Shown: positions 14,816-25,306, counted from the stretch's first letter. The stretch: DNA of 64,000 nt from Candidatus Krumholzibacteriota bacterium (GCA_963764625.1 CAVXTH010000006.1:512001-576000), one strand, 5' to 3'. Numbers and translations: made by a program. Notes: generated from the letters alone by a model not told the origin.

Positions 14816-16717
14816 GTGATTCGGCTCTCTTTCTTTCTCCTATTCTGGTTGGCCGCGACCTCGGCGCGCGCTCAGTCGTCTCCTCAGGGAACGACCGCGC
14901 CGGTCGATTCGACGCGCGCGAAGCAAGCGCCCGATCCCGGACCGCTTCTCCCTTCGTGGGCGGAACGCGCGGCCTTGGGCGAGAGCAACATGGAGTCACT
15001 GCGTCCGACCGGAGTGGACGATTTATTCGAGGCACTTCCCTCGGCTTCACTTCGCGTGGCGGGGGACCGCGGGTTCCCTAGCTATCTCGATCTCTCCCCT
15101 CTGGACGGGGGGAGCGTGGAGATACTGGAGGATGGCATTCCCTCCCGGAGCCCGGGGGACCTCGACTCCGGATTGTGGGACCTCTCCGCCACCGGCGTGG
15201 GCTTCGCCGACCGGCGCCTGCTCGCGGGCTCGGGCGCGATGGGCGGAAGCGCCATGCTCCTCGAGCGCGATCCGGCAGTGTGGGGACAGACTCTCGCCCG
15301 TACTCATTTTTATAAGGGGAAACACGAGAGCTATCTGAGGGGACTATCCTTCACCACTCCGCGTGCCCCCAAGACCCTGCGCTTTGACTATGAAGAGTGG
15401 AAGACCGAGGAGGGCTACCAGTCCAGCCTCGATCCAAGTTTCACTCCCGGCACCGGGTTCGGACGCGCGAAGATGCGACGCTTCGTACTGGAAACTCGCA
15501 TCGACACCGGTCTGGGGCAGTGGAGCGTCGGCTTCGGACGCGGACGCCGCTACCACGACGGGAGTGTGCTGCGGGCGGGGAGCGTCGAGAGATGGACGGG
15601 GCAGGTCTGGACCGGCTTGGATCGTCAGGACGAGCATCACAAGCTCCGGCTTCGCATGTACCACCTGGACTGGCACGATCACGATGCTCTTCACGGCGAG
15701 GAGCGAGACGCCTCGCGTCTCGGACTGCGCGGTCTCTGGACCCCACGCGGCGAAGGGATGCTCCTGGAGGTGAACCTGGAGCGTTGGACGGCCACCTTCC
15801 GCCACACTCTCGGCGTTTCGAATCCGGCTCCACCTCTCGTGGGACGAGTTCGCGCCGGCTGGCGCTTCGACGAAAGCGCGCGTCTGTCCGGAGAGGTTTC
15901 GACCGAGCTCGCCTATGCGGAGCAGGCGGATACGCCATGGGGACTCGGTGGGTTGGCGCGCGCGCGTCTCCGTCTGAGTTCGACATGGTGGGTCACGGCC
16001 AGCACCGGACGTGAGTTGCGCACCCCGACTCTTTTCGAGACGGCAGGGCTTTCCACCCAAGACATGCCCGGCGATTTCGTCTTGCAGCGCATCGGCGCTG
16101 GGCCACTTCCCTTCGAGATCCACGACCGGGTGCGAACCGCATTGGGAAGAAAACTCGGTCGCGGAAATGTCGAGCTGGGGGTCGATCGTTGGTGGCTCCG
16201 TGATGGCATCGGGTGGGTTCCGGAGCAGAACGCGGCGGTGGATGGAAAGGCCTATACCGTCGGAGGGCTGGCGTACTCTGTCGATCAGTTCACTCTGGCG
16301 GCTTCGACCACTTTGGGTTCGACACATCACGGCCTCTCTCTCGAAGTGAACGGTCAGTTGATTCCAAGAGATTTGCCGAGAGTGGAAAGTCGTGGGGCCG
16401 GGTGGCCCAAGAAGAGTGGCTATCTCACTCTGAGGTGGTGGCACGACTTGCTCAGTTCTTACGATCAAGTTCGCGTACTCTACCGCGTCGCCTATGCTGG
16501 ATCTCATTACGACGATATGCTGGCGCCTTTCAGCAACGTGGACGAGTTTGTTCTTCCCTCCACCCGGCAGGATCTGCGGGTGGCGATCAAACTCCGCGAT
16601 GCGGAGGTTTATCTCGAAGTTCACAACCTGATGGACGCCGCACTCTCCGAAGTTTCCGGCACGCGACGTCGAGGCCGCGACCTCCTTTGGGGTTTGGCCT
16701 GGCCGTTTTGGAACTGA
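14816..16717 (+). CDS. Outer-membrane beta-barrel with a TonB-receptor-like plug (putative porin)
   Basis: Signal peptide MIRLSFFLLFWLAATSARA-Q, plug-like VEILEDGIP, beta-strand pattern, C-terminal GLAWPFWN. Confidence 0.6.
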   Translation: MIRLSFFLLFWLAATSARAQSSPQGTTAPVDSTRAKQAPDPGPLLPSWAERAALGESNMESLRPTGVDDLFEALPSASLRVAGDRGFPSYLDLSPLDGGSVEILEDGIPSRSPGDLDSGLWDLSATGVGFADRRLLAGSGAMGGSAMLLERDPAVWGQTLARTHFYKGKHESYLRGLSFTTPRAPKTLRFDYEEWKTEEGYQSSLDPSFTPGTGFGRAKMRRFVLETRIDTGLGQWSVGFGRGRRYHDGSVLRAGSVERWTGQVWTGLDRQDEHHKLRLRMYHLDWHDHDALHGEERDASRLGLRGLWTPRGEGMLLEVNLERWTATFRHTLGVSNPAPPLVGRVRAGWRFDESARLSGEVSTELAYAEQADTPWGLGGLARARLRLSSTWWVTASTGRELRTPTLFETAGLSTQDMPGDFVLQRIGAGPLPFEIHDRVRTALGRKLGRGNVELGVDRWWLRDGIGWVPEQNAAVDGKAYTVGGLAYSVDQFTLAASTTLGSTHHGLSLEVNGQLIPRDLPRVESRGAGWPKKSGYLTLRWWHDLLSSYDQVRVLYRVAYAGSHYDDMLAPFSNVDEFVLPSTRQDLRVAIKLRDAEVYLEVHNLMDAALSEVSGTRRRGRDLLWGLAWPFWN

Positions 16718-16761
16718 TTTCTCGCGCGGGTTTCACTGCCTCCCGTTGAGGAACGTTTCTG

Positions 16762-17151
16762 GTGTGGCGACAGGCCGCGATTCTGATCCTTATCTTCTTG
16801 ATCGGTTGGGGAGGAGAGATCCTCTCTCGACGTCCGCCTTCGTGGATTCGTGAGGATCCCATCGTTCATCCTTTTGGGCTGGATGAAGAGCGCGAGTCGG
16901 AAGAAGCTGTCTTTAAGGCCGCGAATGACTCTGGTCCGCCCCTGATCACCCCGAGTGCGCCCCTGGACATTAATCGGGCATCCAAAATCGAGCTCTTGGC
17001 CCTGCCTCGGGTGGGACCGGTCCTCGCCGGTCGGATTTTGGCTCTGCGAGATTCTCTCGGCCGCTTCGACGATCCGGAAGATCTCCTGGCGGTAAAGGGA
17101 GTGGGGGAGCGGACTCTGGCCCGCCTACGACCTCTCCTTCGTTTCCGCTGA
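16762..17151 (+). CDS. comEA: ComEA-family helix-hairpin-helix DNA-binding protein
   Basis: N-terminal hydrophobic anchor. LDINRASKIELLALPRVGPVLAGRI and LLAVKGVGERTL tandem HhH. Confidence 0.85.
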   Translation: MWRQAAILILIFLIGWGGEILSRRPPSWIREDPIVHPFGLDEERESEEAVFKAANDSGPPLITPSAPLDINRASKIELLALPRVGPVLAGRILALRDSLGRFDDPEDLLAVKGVGERTLARLRPLLRFR

Positions 17152-17308
17152 GGTCCCGTGGTTGCCCAACGCCCGCATTGGGCGCAAGCCTTGCAATCTG
17201 CCCCGGTCGCGGCCGGCGCGGCGTTTCGCGCCGTATGGCGTTGGGTGCGCAACCGCCGGAAAACACGGGGCTGAGCCGCTTTGCCGGCCTCAGCTGGAAT
17301 CCGAATCG

Positions 17309-17324
17309 GGGCACGGGCATTGCT
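17309..17324 (+). promoter_or_regulatory. Sigma-54 -24/-12 element upstream of pilB
   Basis: GGGCACGGGCATTGCT, GG-N10-GC with TTGC. TGCA-atc-TGCC lies about 113 bp upstream. Confidence 0.65.
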
Positions 17325-17402
17325 GGTTGCAATGCTTCGAATCGCGGCGCTGCAGGTCGGCGGCCGCATTCTGCAAGTCCTTAGCTCTTCGAGGTCAGCG
17401 CG

Positions 17403-19079
17403 TTGAAGGACAAAATCGCCGGGAAACTGCTAGAAGCCGACTTGGTCAGCCAGAGTGACCTTCAGAAGGCCATCCAGGAGCAGGAGAAAAACGGGGGATC
17501 CCTGGGCGTCAATCTCGTACGTACCGGTGCGCTCTCGGAAGTTGCCTACGCCGACTTTCTCGGCAAGATGTACGACCTCCCCATCGTCAGCCTCGCGGGT
17601 CAGGAGATCGAGGCGGAAGTCACGGCACTCATTCCCGCCGACGTGGTCACCCGTTTTCAGGTCATTCCCTTGTCGCGGCAAGGCCGCATACTCAAGGTTG
17701 CGATGTCGAATCCGTCGAACGTATTTGCGATCGACGACATCAAATTCATCACCGGACTCGAAGTGCAGCCGGTCGTCTGCACCGAGAGTGACATTCGGGG
17801 AGCCATCGATCGCTTCTATGATTCGGCCGACAGTCTCAAAGAGGTGCTCGAGGGACTCGAGGAAGACATCGAGGTCGTAGAAGATGACGAAGAAGATGAC
17901 CTCGGTGCTCTCTCCTCGGCGTCGGAAAATGCCCCGGTCGTCAAGCTGGTGAACTCGGTTCTCTCGGATGCCGTCAAGCGCGGCGCGAGTGATATCCACG
18001 TCGAATGTTACGAACGTCAAATGCGCGTACGTTATCGCGTCGACGGTGTGTTGCAGGAGATGATGAATCCCCCGGCCAAGATGCGCGCCGCGATCATTTC
18101 ACGTTTGAAGATCATGGCCGAGCTGGACATCGCTGAGCGTCGCGTTCCCCAGGACGGACGCATCAAGCTGAAGATCGGCGAGAAGAAAGTCGACCTTCGC
18201 GTCTCTTGCCTGCCCTGCATCTACGGAGAGAAGATCGTTCTCCGTATTCTCGACAAATCGAATCTCCAATTCGATCTCGAGGGCTTCGGGATGGAGGCGA
18301 AAGCCATCACGCACGTACTCAAGGCCGTATCGTCACCCTACGGCATGGTCCTGGTCACCGGACCGACTGGATCCGGAAAGACCACGACCCTATACTCCTG
18401 TCTGAGCCGCCTCAATACCAGCGAAGTGAACATCATGACGGCGGAGGATCCGGTCGAGTACAACCTGGAAGGAATCAACCAGGTCGCGGTGCGTGACGAG
18501 GTGGGCCTCACCTTCGCGGCCGCACTCAAGGCGTTTCTCCGGCAAGACCCCAACATCGTAATGGTGGGGGAAATTCGCGACCTGGAGACCGGGTCCATCG
18601 CGGTAAAGGCGGCCCTCACCGGGCACCTGGTGTTGAGCACGCTCCACACGAACGACGCTCCCGCCACCATCAACCGTATGATCGACATGGGCATCGAGCC
18701 GTTCCTGGTGGCGTCGTCGACGAATCTCATCATGGCCCAGCGTCTCGTGCGACGGATCTGCAAGCATTGCAAGCAGCGGGCGGACATCAGCCGCGAAGTG
18801 CGGGAGGAGCTGGGGATCGACCCCGCAGCCGAAATCTGGGTGGGCGCCGGTTGCCAGGAGTGCAACGACACCGGCTATCGGGGTCGTCAGGGACTCTACG
18901 AGGTCATGCCCATCACCTCGCGAATCCGAGATATCGTTCTCGACCGCGGGGGGACCGCCGAAATTCGTCAGGCAGCCATCGAGGAGGGTATGCTCACCCT
19001 CCGCCGCGATGGTCTGCGACAGGTTGAAAAGGGAGTGACCACCATCGAAGAGGTCCTCCGTGAAACCGCGGAACTTTAA
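17403..19079 (+). CDS. pilB: Type IV pilus assembly ATPase
   Basis: ASDIHVE, PQDGRI, GPTGSGKTT, TAEDPVEY, LRQDPNIVMVGEIRD, TGHLVLSTLH, CxxC..CxxC. Confidence 0.97.
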   Translation: MKDKIAGKLLEADLVSQSDLQKAIQEQEKNGGSLGVNLVRTGALSEVAYADFLGKMYDLPIVSLAGQEIEAEVTALIPADVVTRFQVIPLSRQGRILKVAMSNPSNVFAIDDIKFITGLEVQPVVCTESDIRGAIDRFYDSADSLKEVLEGLEEDIEVVEDDEEDDLGALSSASENAPVVKLVNSVLSDAVKRGASDIHVECYERQMRVRYRVDGVLQEMMNPPAKMRAAIISRLKIMAELDIAERRVPQDGRIKLKIGEKKVDLRVSCLPCIYGEKIVLRILDKSNLQFDLEGFGMEAKAITHVLKAVSSPYGMVLVTGPTGSGKTTTLYSCLSRLNTSEVNIMTAEDPVEYNLEGINQVAVRDEVGLTFAAALKAFLRQDPNIVMVGEIRDLETGSIAVKAALTGHLVLSTLHTNDAPATINRMIDMGIEPFLVASSTNLIMAQRLVRRICKHCKQRADISREVREELGIDPAAEIWVGAGCQECNDTGYRGRQGLYEVMPITSRIRDIVLDRGGTAEIRQAAIEEGMLTLRRDGLRQVEKGVTTIEEVLRETAEL

Positions 19080-19090
19080 CGGAGGGCGCG

Positions 19091-20161
19091 ATGATCAGCC
19101 TGCGTGAACTTCTCGAAGAGATGGTGTCCAAGGACGCCAGCGACTTGCACCTGACGGCGGGTCTTCCACCCCAATTTCGGGTGGACGGCGAAATCGTCAG
19201 CTCGAGATTCGACGTGCTGACGGCAGACGATACGCGCGCTCTGGCGTATTCGGTTCTGAACGACGAACAGAAGAAGATCTTCGAGAACGAGAAAGAGCTC
19301 GATCTGAGCTTCGGAGTTCAGGGCCTGAGCCGGTTTCGCGCAAACGTGTTCTTGCAGCGCGGAGTGACCACCACGGCGATTCGTCAGATTCCCTACGATA
19401 TTCTCGGCTTCGACAAGTTGGGTTTGCCCAAGGCGGTCAAGCGTTTCGCCGAGCTGCCCCGTGGACTGGTCCTGGTGACAGGCCCGACCGGATCGGGTAA
19501 GTCGACCACCCTCGCCAGCATGATCGATTGGATCAATCAACACCGCGCGTGTCACATCCTCACGATCGAGGATCCCATCGAGTACGTTCACGCTCACAAA
19601 AAGAGCATGGTGAACCAGCGCGAGCTTCATACCGATACCGACTCCTTTCCCAACGCTTTGAAATACGTACTTCGCCAGGACCCGGACGTGATTCTGATCG
19701 GCGAGATGCGCGACCGAGAGACGATTGCGGCGGCCCTGACGATCGCCGAGACCGGGCACCTGGCTCTCGCGACCCTCCACACGAATTCGACCTACGAATC
19801 GATCAACCGTATCGTGGACGTTTTCCCGGAGAACCAGCAGAACCAGATTCGCGCGCAGCTGGCATTTGTGCTCGAGGGGGTCATCACGCAACAGTTGATC
19901 CCCCGGCACCGGGCGCGCGGACGCGCTCTCTGTTCGGAAGTGATGATGTGTACCCCGGCCATCAAAGCGCTCATCCGCGATTCCAAGATCCACCAGATCT
20001 ACGGAATCATGCAGGCGGGACAGAAGTATGGCATGCAGACGATGAACCAGTCTCTCTACCAGAGCTACACGAATCGAATGATCAGTTATGACGATGCGCT
20101 GAATCGCTCGGCGGACCCCGAAGAGCTGCTCAAGATGATTGGTGAGACCGTAAAGGTCTAA
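19091..20161 (+). CDS. pilT: Type IV pilus retraction ATPase
   Basis: ASDLHL, GPTGSGKST, TIEDPIEY, LRQDPDVILIGEMRD, AETGHL, AIKALIRD, GMQTM. Confidence 0.97.
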   Translation: MISLRELLEEMVSKDASDLHLTAGLPPQFRVDGEIVSSRFDVLTADDTRALAYSVLNDEQKKIFENEKELDLSFGVQGLSRFRANVFLQRGVTTTAIRQIPYDILGFDKLGLPKAVKRFAELPRGLVLVTGPTGSGKSTTLASMIDWINQHRACHILTIEDPIEYVHAHKKSMVNQRELHTDTDSFPNALKYVLRQDPDVILIGEMRDRETIAAALTIAETGHLALATLHTNSTYESINRIVDVFPENQQNQIRAQLAFVLEGVITQQLIPRHRARGRALCSEVMMCTPAIKALIRDSKIHQIYGIMQAGQKYGMQTMNQSLYQSYTNRMISYDDALNRSADPEELLKMIGETVKV

Positions 20162-20182
20162 GCCAAGCTAGGAGGAACGAAC

Positions 20183-21397
20183 GTGGCCACAATTACGTTT
20201 CAGTGGAAGGGAGTGAACCCGCAGGGTGAAGCTCTCAGTGGCGAGATGGTAGCCACCACCAAGCAGGAAGCGGTCGCGAATCTGCGCCGGAAGCGGATTG
20301 TCATCAAGTCGATCCGCGCGAAATCGAAGGACTTGAAATTCCCTGGATTCAAGAAGGGCGTTAGTGTCAAGGATCTCTCCATCTTCACCCGGCAGTTCTC
20401 CACCATGGTCAACGCCGGTTTGCCCCTGGTGCAGTGTCTCGACATTCTCGGCAAACAAACTCAGCACGTCTTTTTCAAGCAAGCCATCCAGACGGTGATG
20501 AGCGACGTTGAAGGTGGTACCACGCTGGCCGAGGGCCTGGGAAAGCATAAGGGCATCTGGAGCGACCTCTACGTGAACATGGTCGATGCCGGGGAGCAGG
20601 GCGGTATCTTGGACGTGATTCTCTCGCGTCTCGCGGTCTATCTGGAAAAGGCCGACGCTCTGCAGCGCAAGATCAAGAGCGCCATGACCTATCCGACCAT
20701 CGTCATGGTGGTGGCGGGCGGCGCCACCGTCTTCATGCTGATATTCGTCATCCCGGTATTCGCCAAGATGTTCTCCGATTTCGGCGGTCAATTGCCCACT
20801 CCGACCCGCGTGGTGATGGGTCTGTCGACTTTCTTGCGTTCCTGGTGGTGGCTGCTCGCCGGGATGGGTGTCGGAGCCGTGGCCGCCTACAAGATGGCCC
20901 GCAAGAACTACAAGGCCAGCCGCGCCATCGATGCATTCCTGCTCAAGATCCCCATCGTGGGCAATGTCCTGCGCAAGGGCTCCGTGGCTCGCTTCACGCG
21001 TACTCTGGGAACTCTCGTGAGCTCGGGTGTACCGATTCTGCAGGGTCTGGAGATCACAGCCCGTACGGCGGGAAATCTGGTGATCACTGAAGCGATCCAG
21101 GGCACCCGCGAGAGCATCAGCCAGGGTGAGACCATCTCCGAGCCGCTGAAGCGGTGTGACGTGTTTCCGCCCATGGTTGTGCAGATGATCGCGGTGGGCG
21201 AGCAGACCGGCGCCCTCGACGAAATGCTGGGCAAGATCGCGGATTTCTACGACGACGAAGTGGATTCCGCGGTGGAGCAGCTCACGGCTGCCATTGAGCC
21301 GATCATGATCGTGGTCATGGGTGTGATGGTGGGTGGAATGCTCATCGCCATGTATCTGCCGATGTTCAAGATGGCGAGTGTCATCAGCGGAGGCTAA
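20183..21397 (+). CDS. pilC: Type IV pilus platform protein (GspF family)
   Basis: FTRQFSTMVNAGLP, GEQGGIL, AMTYP, GEQTGAL, AMYLPMF. Confidence 0.96.
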   Translation: MATITFQWKGVNPQGEALSGEMVATTKQEAVANLRRKRIVIKSIRAKSKDLKFPGFKKGVSVKDLSIFTRQFSTMVNAGLPLVQCLDILGKQTQHVFFKQAIQTVMSDVEGGTTLAEGLGKHKGIWSDLYVNMVDAGEQGGILDVILSRLAVYLEKADALQRKIKSAMTYPTIVMVVAGGATVFMLIFVIPVFAKMFSDFGGQLPTPTRVVMGLSTFLRSWWWLLAGMGVGAVAAYKMARKNYKASRAIDAFLLKIPIVGNVLRKGSVARFTRTLGTLVSSGVPILQGLEITARTAGNLVITEAIQGTRESISQGETISEPLKRCDVFPPMVVQMIAVGEQTGALDEMLGKIADFYDDEVDSAVEQLTAAIEPIMIVVMGVMVGGMLIAMYLPMFKMASVISGG

Positions 21398-21449
21398 GAG
21401 TCGACTTCCGCGAGTTTTTTGCGCGGCGATCCTATGGGGGGAATCGGAC

Positions 21450-23147
21450 GTGAGTGAGAAGAGGGATTCGTCCTTCCAGCAGTGGTTCTTTTTGCGGCTG
21501 ACGGTGGCGACGCTCGTCGTCTCCGCGGGAATCATCCTGCTCTCCTTGGGCGCCGAACACGTAGCCCGTACCGCGCTTTTCGTCTGCCTCGCCGCCCAGT
21601 ATCTCGGCATCGGAGCTGGCTACGTGGCCTGGCGTTCCGGGGTCCCGCGGCTCTGGGTCCAGACCTCGGGCTTGATCCTCGACGTCACTCTCATCACCGT
21701 CTTGATGCATCTCACGGGCGGAGTGGGGAGCGTTTTCACTCTCCTCTACTTCTTCCCGATTCTCCTGGCTTCCTCGACCCAGAGACGGCGCGGGGCCCTC
21801 ACCACCGCAATCGTCTGCTCCCTCACCATTCTGGGCTACGAAGTACTGGTGGCCACGAGGGTACTTGCGCCTCCGGTTCTCTTCTTCAACGCGGCGCCCC
21901 TGCACCGGCGGGAGCTGCTTCAAGTCCAATTCGCGGTCGGCCTGTTCTTGATCATCGGTTATCTCGCGGGGGAACTTGCGCAACGGGTCGATGCGAAGGC
22001 ACAGCAACTCGCCGCCAAGCGGGATGAACTGGCCCGGCATCGCCTCGAGATTCAGGGAATTCTGGACAACATGAGCAGCGGTGTCGTGACCATCGACGAA
22101 AAGGGTCTCGTCCAACGCCTGAATCCGGCGGCCGGCGAGATCCTCGGCGTCAACGTGGACAAGCTCCGCGGCCTGTCCATCGAGAGCACCCTCGGGCCGA
22201 TCATGCCGACCTTCGTCTCTCATCTGCGTGAAGCGTTGCGAGACGGGAAGGCCGCTCAACGGGTCGAGCTCAATATCATGCGGCGGGATACGACGATCGT
22301 TCCCATCGGGGTGAGCATCAGCCAGCAATACGACCAAGAGGGGCAGCGGACCGGCATCATCGCCGTGTTCCAGGATTTGACGGAGGTGCTCAGGATGCGG
22401 GCGAGAATGCGCGCGAACGATCGGCTCGCCGCCATTGGCGAGCTCTCGGCCGGCATTGCCCACGAGATCCGGAACCCCCTGGCGAGCATTCGAGGCTGCG
22501 TTGAGATGCTCTCTAGCGAGTTGGCGGTCGAAGGAGAAAACCTGCGTCTGATGAGCCTCGTGCTCAAGGAAAGTGAGCGTCTCAATCGGATCATCGAGGA
22601 CTTCCTCGAGTACGCCCGACTTCGCCCCCAGGCTCCGCGCAAGGTTCATTTGGGGGTCTTGCTCGACGACCTCTGCACGATGCTGCGACGACGGGACGAT
22701 TTGGGATCGAACGCGTCGGTCGAGTTGGACCCGTCCGACGCCGACTACGTGGTGGATGTCGACGAAGAGCAGATGTCTCAGGTGTTTCTGAACCTGGCGC
22801 TCAACGCCTTTCAGGCCATGAGCAATGGCGGGAAGTTGAGAATCGCCACTGAGCTGCGGCCCAAGGAACAACCGCCGGAAGTGGCGATCCGCTTCATGGA
22901 TCAGGGCGAAGGCATCGACGAGGAATCGCTGGCTCACGTCTTCGACCCGTTCTTCACCACTAAGAGTGAGGGAACTGGACTCGGACTGTCGATGGCGAAT
23001 CGAATCGTGCACAACCACGAAGGGCGAATCGAGTTTTCCAATCTCGCCGAGGGAGGAGCCGAGTTTGCGGTTCATCTTCCTCTGATTGGGGTATGGCGCG
23101 ACGGAGATCTCGTCGCGACAAATTACGTATTCGCCGAAAGCATGTGA
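21450..23147 (+). CDS. pilS: Membrane PAS sensor histidine kinase, PilS-like
   Basis: About 6 TM helices, PAS domain, AHEIRNPL H-box, NLALNA, DQGEGI, FFTTK..GTGLGL. Located between pilC and pilR. Confidence 0.88.
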   Translation: MSEKRDSSFQQWFFLRLTVATLVVSAGIILLSLGAEHVARTALFVCLAAQYLGIGAGYVAWRSGVPRLWVQTSGLILDVTLITVLMHLTGGVGSVFTLLYFFPILLASSTQRRRGALTTAIVCSLTILGYEVLVATRVLAPPVLFFNAAPLHRRELLQVQFAVGLFLIIGYLAGELAQRVDAKAQQLAAKRDELARHRLEIQGILDNMSSGVVTIDEKGLVQRLNPAAGEILGVNVDKLRGLSIESTLGPIMPTFVSHLREALRDGKAAQRVELNIMRRDTTIVPIGVSISQQYDQEGQRTGIIAVFQDLTEVLRMRARMRANDRLAAIGELSAGIAHEIRNPLASIRGCVEMLSSELAVEGENLRLMSLVLKESERLNRIIEDFLEYARLRPQAPRKVHLGVLLDDLCTMLRRRDDLGSNASVELDPSDADYVVDVDEEQMSQVFLNLALNAFQAMSNGGKLRIATELRPKEQPPEVAIRFMDQGEGIDEESLAHVFDPFFTTKSEGTGLGLSMANRIVHNHEGRIEFSNLAEGGAEFAVHLPLIGVWRDGDLVATNYVFAESM

Positions 23148-23165
23148 GGACAGGAAAGGACCGAC

Positions 23166-24604
23166 GTGATGAGTGACGGAAGAATTCTGATCGTGGATGA
23201 CGAGGAGAGTATGTGCCAATTCCTGGCGATCATGCTGCGCAAGGAGGGTTTTACGGTGCACGCGGTCACCAGCGGGGTGGAGGCGTTGCGCGAGATGAAG
23301 AAGAACCCCTATGACATCGTCATGACGGATATCCAGATGCCTCGCATGGACGGCATCCAGGTTCTCAGCGGAGTCAAGGCCATCGATCCCTCGGTGCCGG
23401 TCATCATCATGACGGCGTACGCGAGCCAAAAGACCGCGATCGAAGCGGTAAACAAGGGCGCGTTCCACTATCTGAACAAGCACGCCAAGAACGACGAAAT
23501 CAAAATGGTGGTTCGCAACGCTCTCGAGGTGAAAAAGGTCAAGAGCGAGAATGTGCAGCTCAAACGGGCGCTCAGCACGAATGCGCGCAAAGTCGACCCG
23601 TCTGATCGGAAAGAGCGACGAACTCCAAAAGGTACTCCGCTTGGTGGACAAGATTGCCATCGCCGAGAGCAACGTCCTGATCTACGGGGAAAGTGGTACG
23701 GGCAAGGAACTCATAGCCCGTTCGATCCACGAAAAGAGTCACCGCGCCAACGGCCCCTTCATCACCATCAACTGCGGGGCCCTTCCCGAGAGCCTTCTCG
23801 AGAGCGAGCTGTTCGGTCACGTCAAGGGCTCTTTCACGAACGCGATCCGCGACAAGGAGGGCATGTTCAAGGTGGCTTGCGGCGGGACTTTCTTCCTGGA
23901 TGAGATCGGGGAGACAAGCCCCGCGATTCAGGTGAAACTACTGCGCGCTATCCAGGAGCGAGAGATCATTCCGGTAGGCGGAACCAAGCCGATCAAGGTC
24001 GACACCCGCATCATCGCGGCCACCAATCGCGATCTGGAGCGAGAGGTGCGGTTGGGAAACTTTCGCGCCGATCTCTACTATCGTCTCAACGTGATCCAGG
24101 TGACACTGCCGCCGCTGCGCGATCGCGCGGACGACATCCCTCTTCTCATCGATCACTTTCTCAAGCAGTACAAGCTCAATTACGAGGGAAACGTCAAGGG
24201 GCGCGATGAGTCAGGAAACCCTGGAGATTCTCCAGAACCACGCCTGGCCCGGAAACGTGCGCGAGCTGGAGAACGTCATCGAGCGCGCCGTGATTCTGCA
24301 GGAGGAGGAGGATCTCATGACGCCGGTCGATCTGCCCGAGAAGCTCTACGAAGGAACGCAGGGGGAGAGCACGATCAACCTGCGCGAGTCGGGCATCACG
24401 CTCGAAGAGCTGGAAAAGAAATATATGATCAAAGTTCTGACGGAGACCGGATGGCACAAGAAGAAAGCAGCGGAAATCCTGGGGATCAACCCTTCGACTC
24501 TCTACCGCAAGATCAAGACTTACGGCCTGATTCCGCCGGGGGGTATGGGGATGGAATCCACGGAGGGACAGGACGAGGAAGAAGAGGAAACCCTCGGTGT
24601 CTAG
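23166..24604 (+). CDS. pilR: Sigma-54-dependent response regulator (NtrC/PilR); two apparent +1 frameshifts at about 23592 and 24202
   Basis: Receiver domain (IVDDE, DIQMP) in the first frame. AAA+ domain ([39 protein letters not shown]) in the second frame. [10 protein letters not shown] and Fis HTH ([15 protein letters not shown]) in the third frame. Confidence 0.88.
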
Positions 24605-24621
24605 GACTGGCATTCCGCCAC

Positions 24622-24657
24622 TTGCAGGCTGCAAAGCCCTCCATTGCCCGGTGGCAA
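24622..24657. promoter_or_regulatory. Candidate PilR upstream activator sites
   Basis: Two inverted repeats, TTGCA-GGC-TGCAA (24622-34) and TTGCC-CGGT-GGCAA (24644-57), about 80-115 bp upstream of the sigma-54 site. Confidence 0.55.
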
Positions 24658-24699
24658 CGGAGCCCGGGGTCGGAAAATCTCGGGCTCTATCGTGCGATG

Positions 24700-24712
24700 A
24701 AGCAAGGACTTA
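24700..24712 (+). promoter_or_regulatory. IHF-like site between activator sites and pilA promoter
   Basis: AAGCAA-GGAC-TTA versus consensus WATCAANNNNTTR. Confidence 0.45.
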
Positions 24713-24737
24713 GAAGAGTCCTCCGGAAGTGGACGGT

Positions 24738-24753
24738 TGGCACGGCGTCTGCT
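24738..24753 (+). promoter_or_regulatory. Sigma-54 promoter of pilin gene
   Basis: TGGCACGGCGTCTGCT, GG-N10-GC. Immediately downstream of pilR and upstream of a GAGGAGG RBS. Confidence 0.8.
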
Positions 24754-24829
24754 TTGAACGCCAACAGCCGTAACTCACCCGAGACCCCCGGCGATTCTCG
24801 CACGGGGATGGGAAACTCTTGAGGAGGCC

Positions 24830-25271
24830 ATGAAAGTGAAGAACAACTCCGGTTTTACCCTGATCGAGCTCATGATCGTTGTGGTCATCATCGGTATCCT
24901 TGCCGCGATTGCCATCCCGAACTTCATCTCGATGCAGGATCGCGCCAAAGAGGCGTCCACGAAATCCAATTGCCATACCGTGCAGCTCGCCGCCGAGGAC
25001 TTCGGCGTGCGCAACGATGGTGTCTATGCCGCCAACTTGGCTGACGGTGGAACCACCGTTCCCGCACAGACCATCATCGATTTGCTGCCTGGACAGGCCA
25101 ATCTGACCAACCCCTTCACCAAGGCTCGCGACTGAGCCCGTGGGCTGCGCTGCCGCTAACCCCGGCGAGACCGGCTACGTGGCGATCGACCAGGGTCAGG
25201 GTCCCGTAGGATATACCATCACGGGTTTTGGCAAGACGGCTCTGGTTATCACTCTGTCAAGCGGTCAGTAG
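24830..25271 (+). CDS. pilA: Major type IVa pilin; apparent +1 frameshift at about 25127 gives a premature TGA at 25135
   Basis: MKVKNNSG|FTLIELMIVVVIIGILAAIAIP (G-1, F1, E5, P22). The alternative frame ATEPVGCAAANPGETGY..TLSSGQ* aligns with the paralog's LTEPVNGAAATQGQTGY..RLTNGQ*. Confidence 0.88.
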
Positions 25272-25306
25272 GAAGACTCCTTCCAGTTTAGAGACTGACC
25301 TGGTTT

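Noticed and set aside
23166-24604. Three separate genes (receiver, AAA+, HTH) or programmed frameshifting
   Set aside because: The pieces join seamlessly into one NtrC-type protein, and I saw no heptameric slippery site or internal RBS.
24608-24626. Additional sigma-54 site TGGCATTCCGCCACTTGCA
   Set aside because: GG-to-GC spacing is 13 nt rather than 10.
24830-25135. Truncated Geobacter-like e-pilin or split PilA-N/PilA-C
   Set aside because: The downstream frame aligns colinearly with the intact paralog and has no signal peptide, and aromatic content is low. A single extra base explains it.
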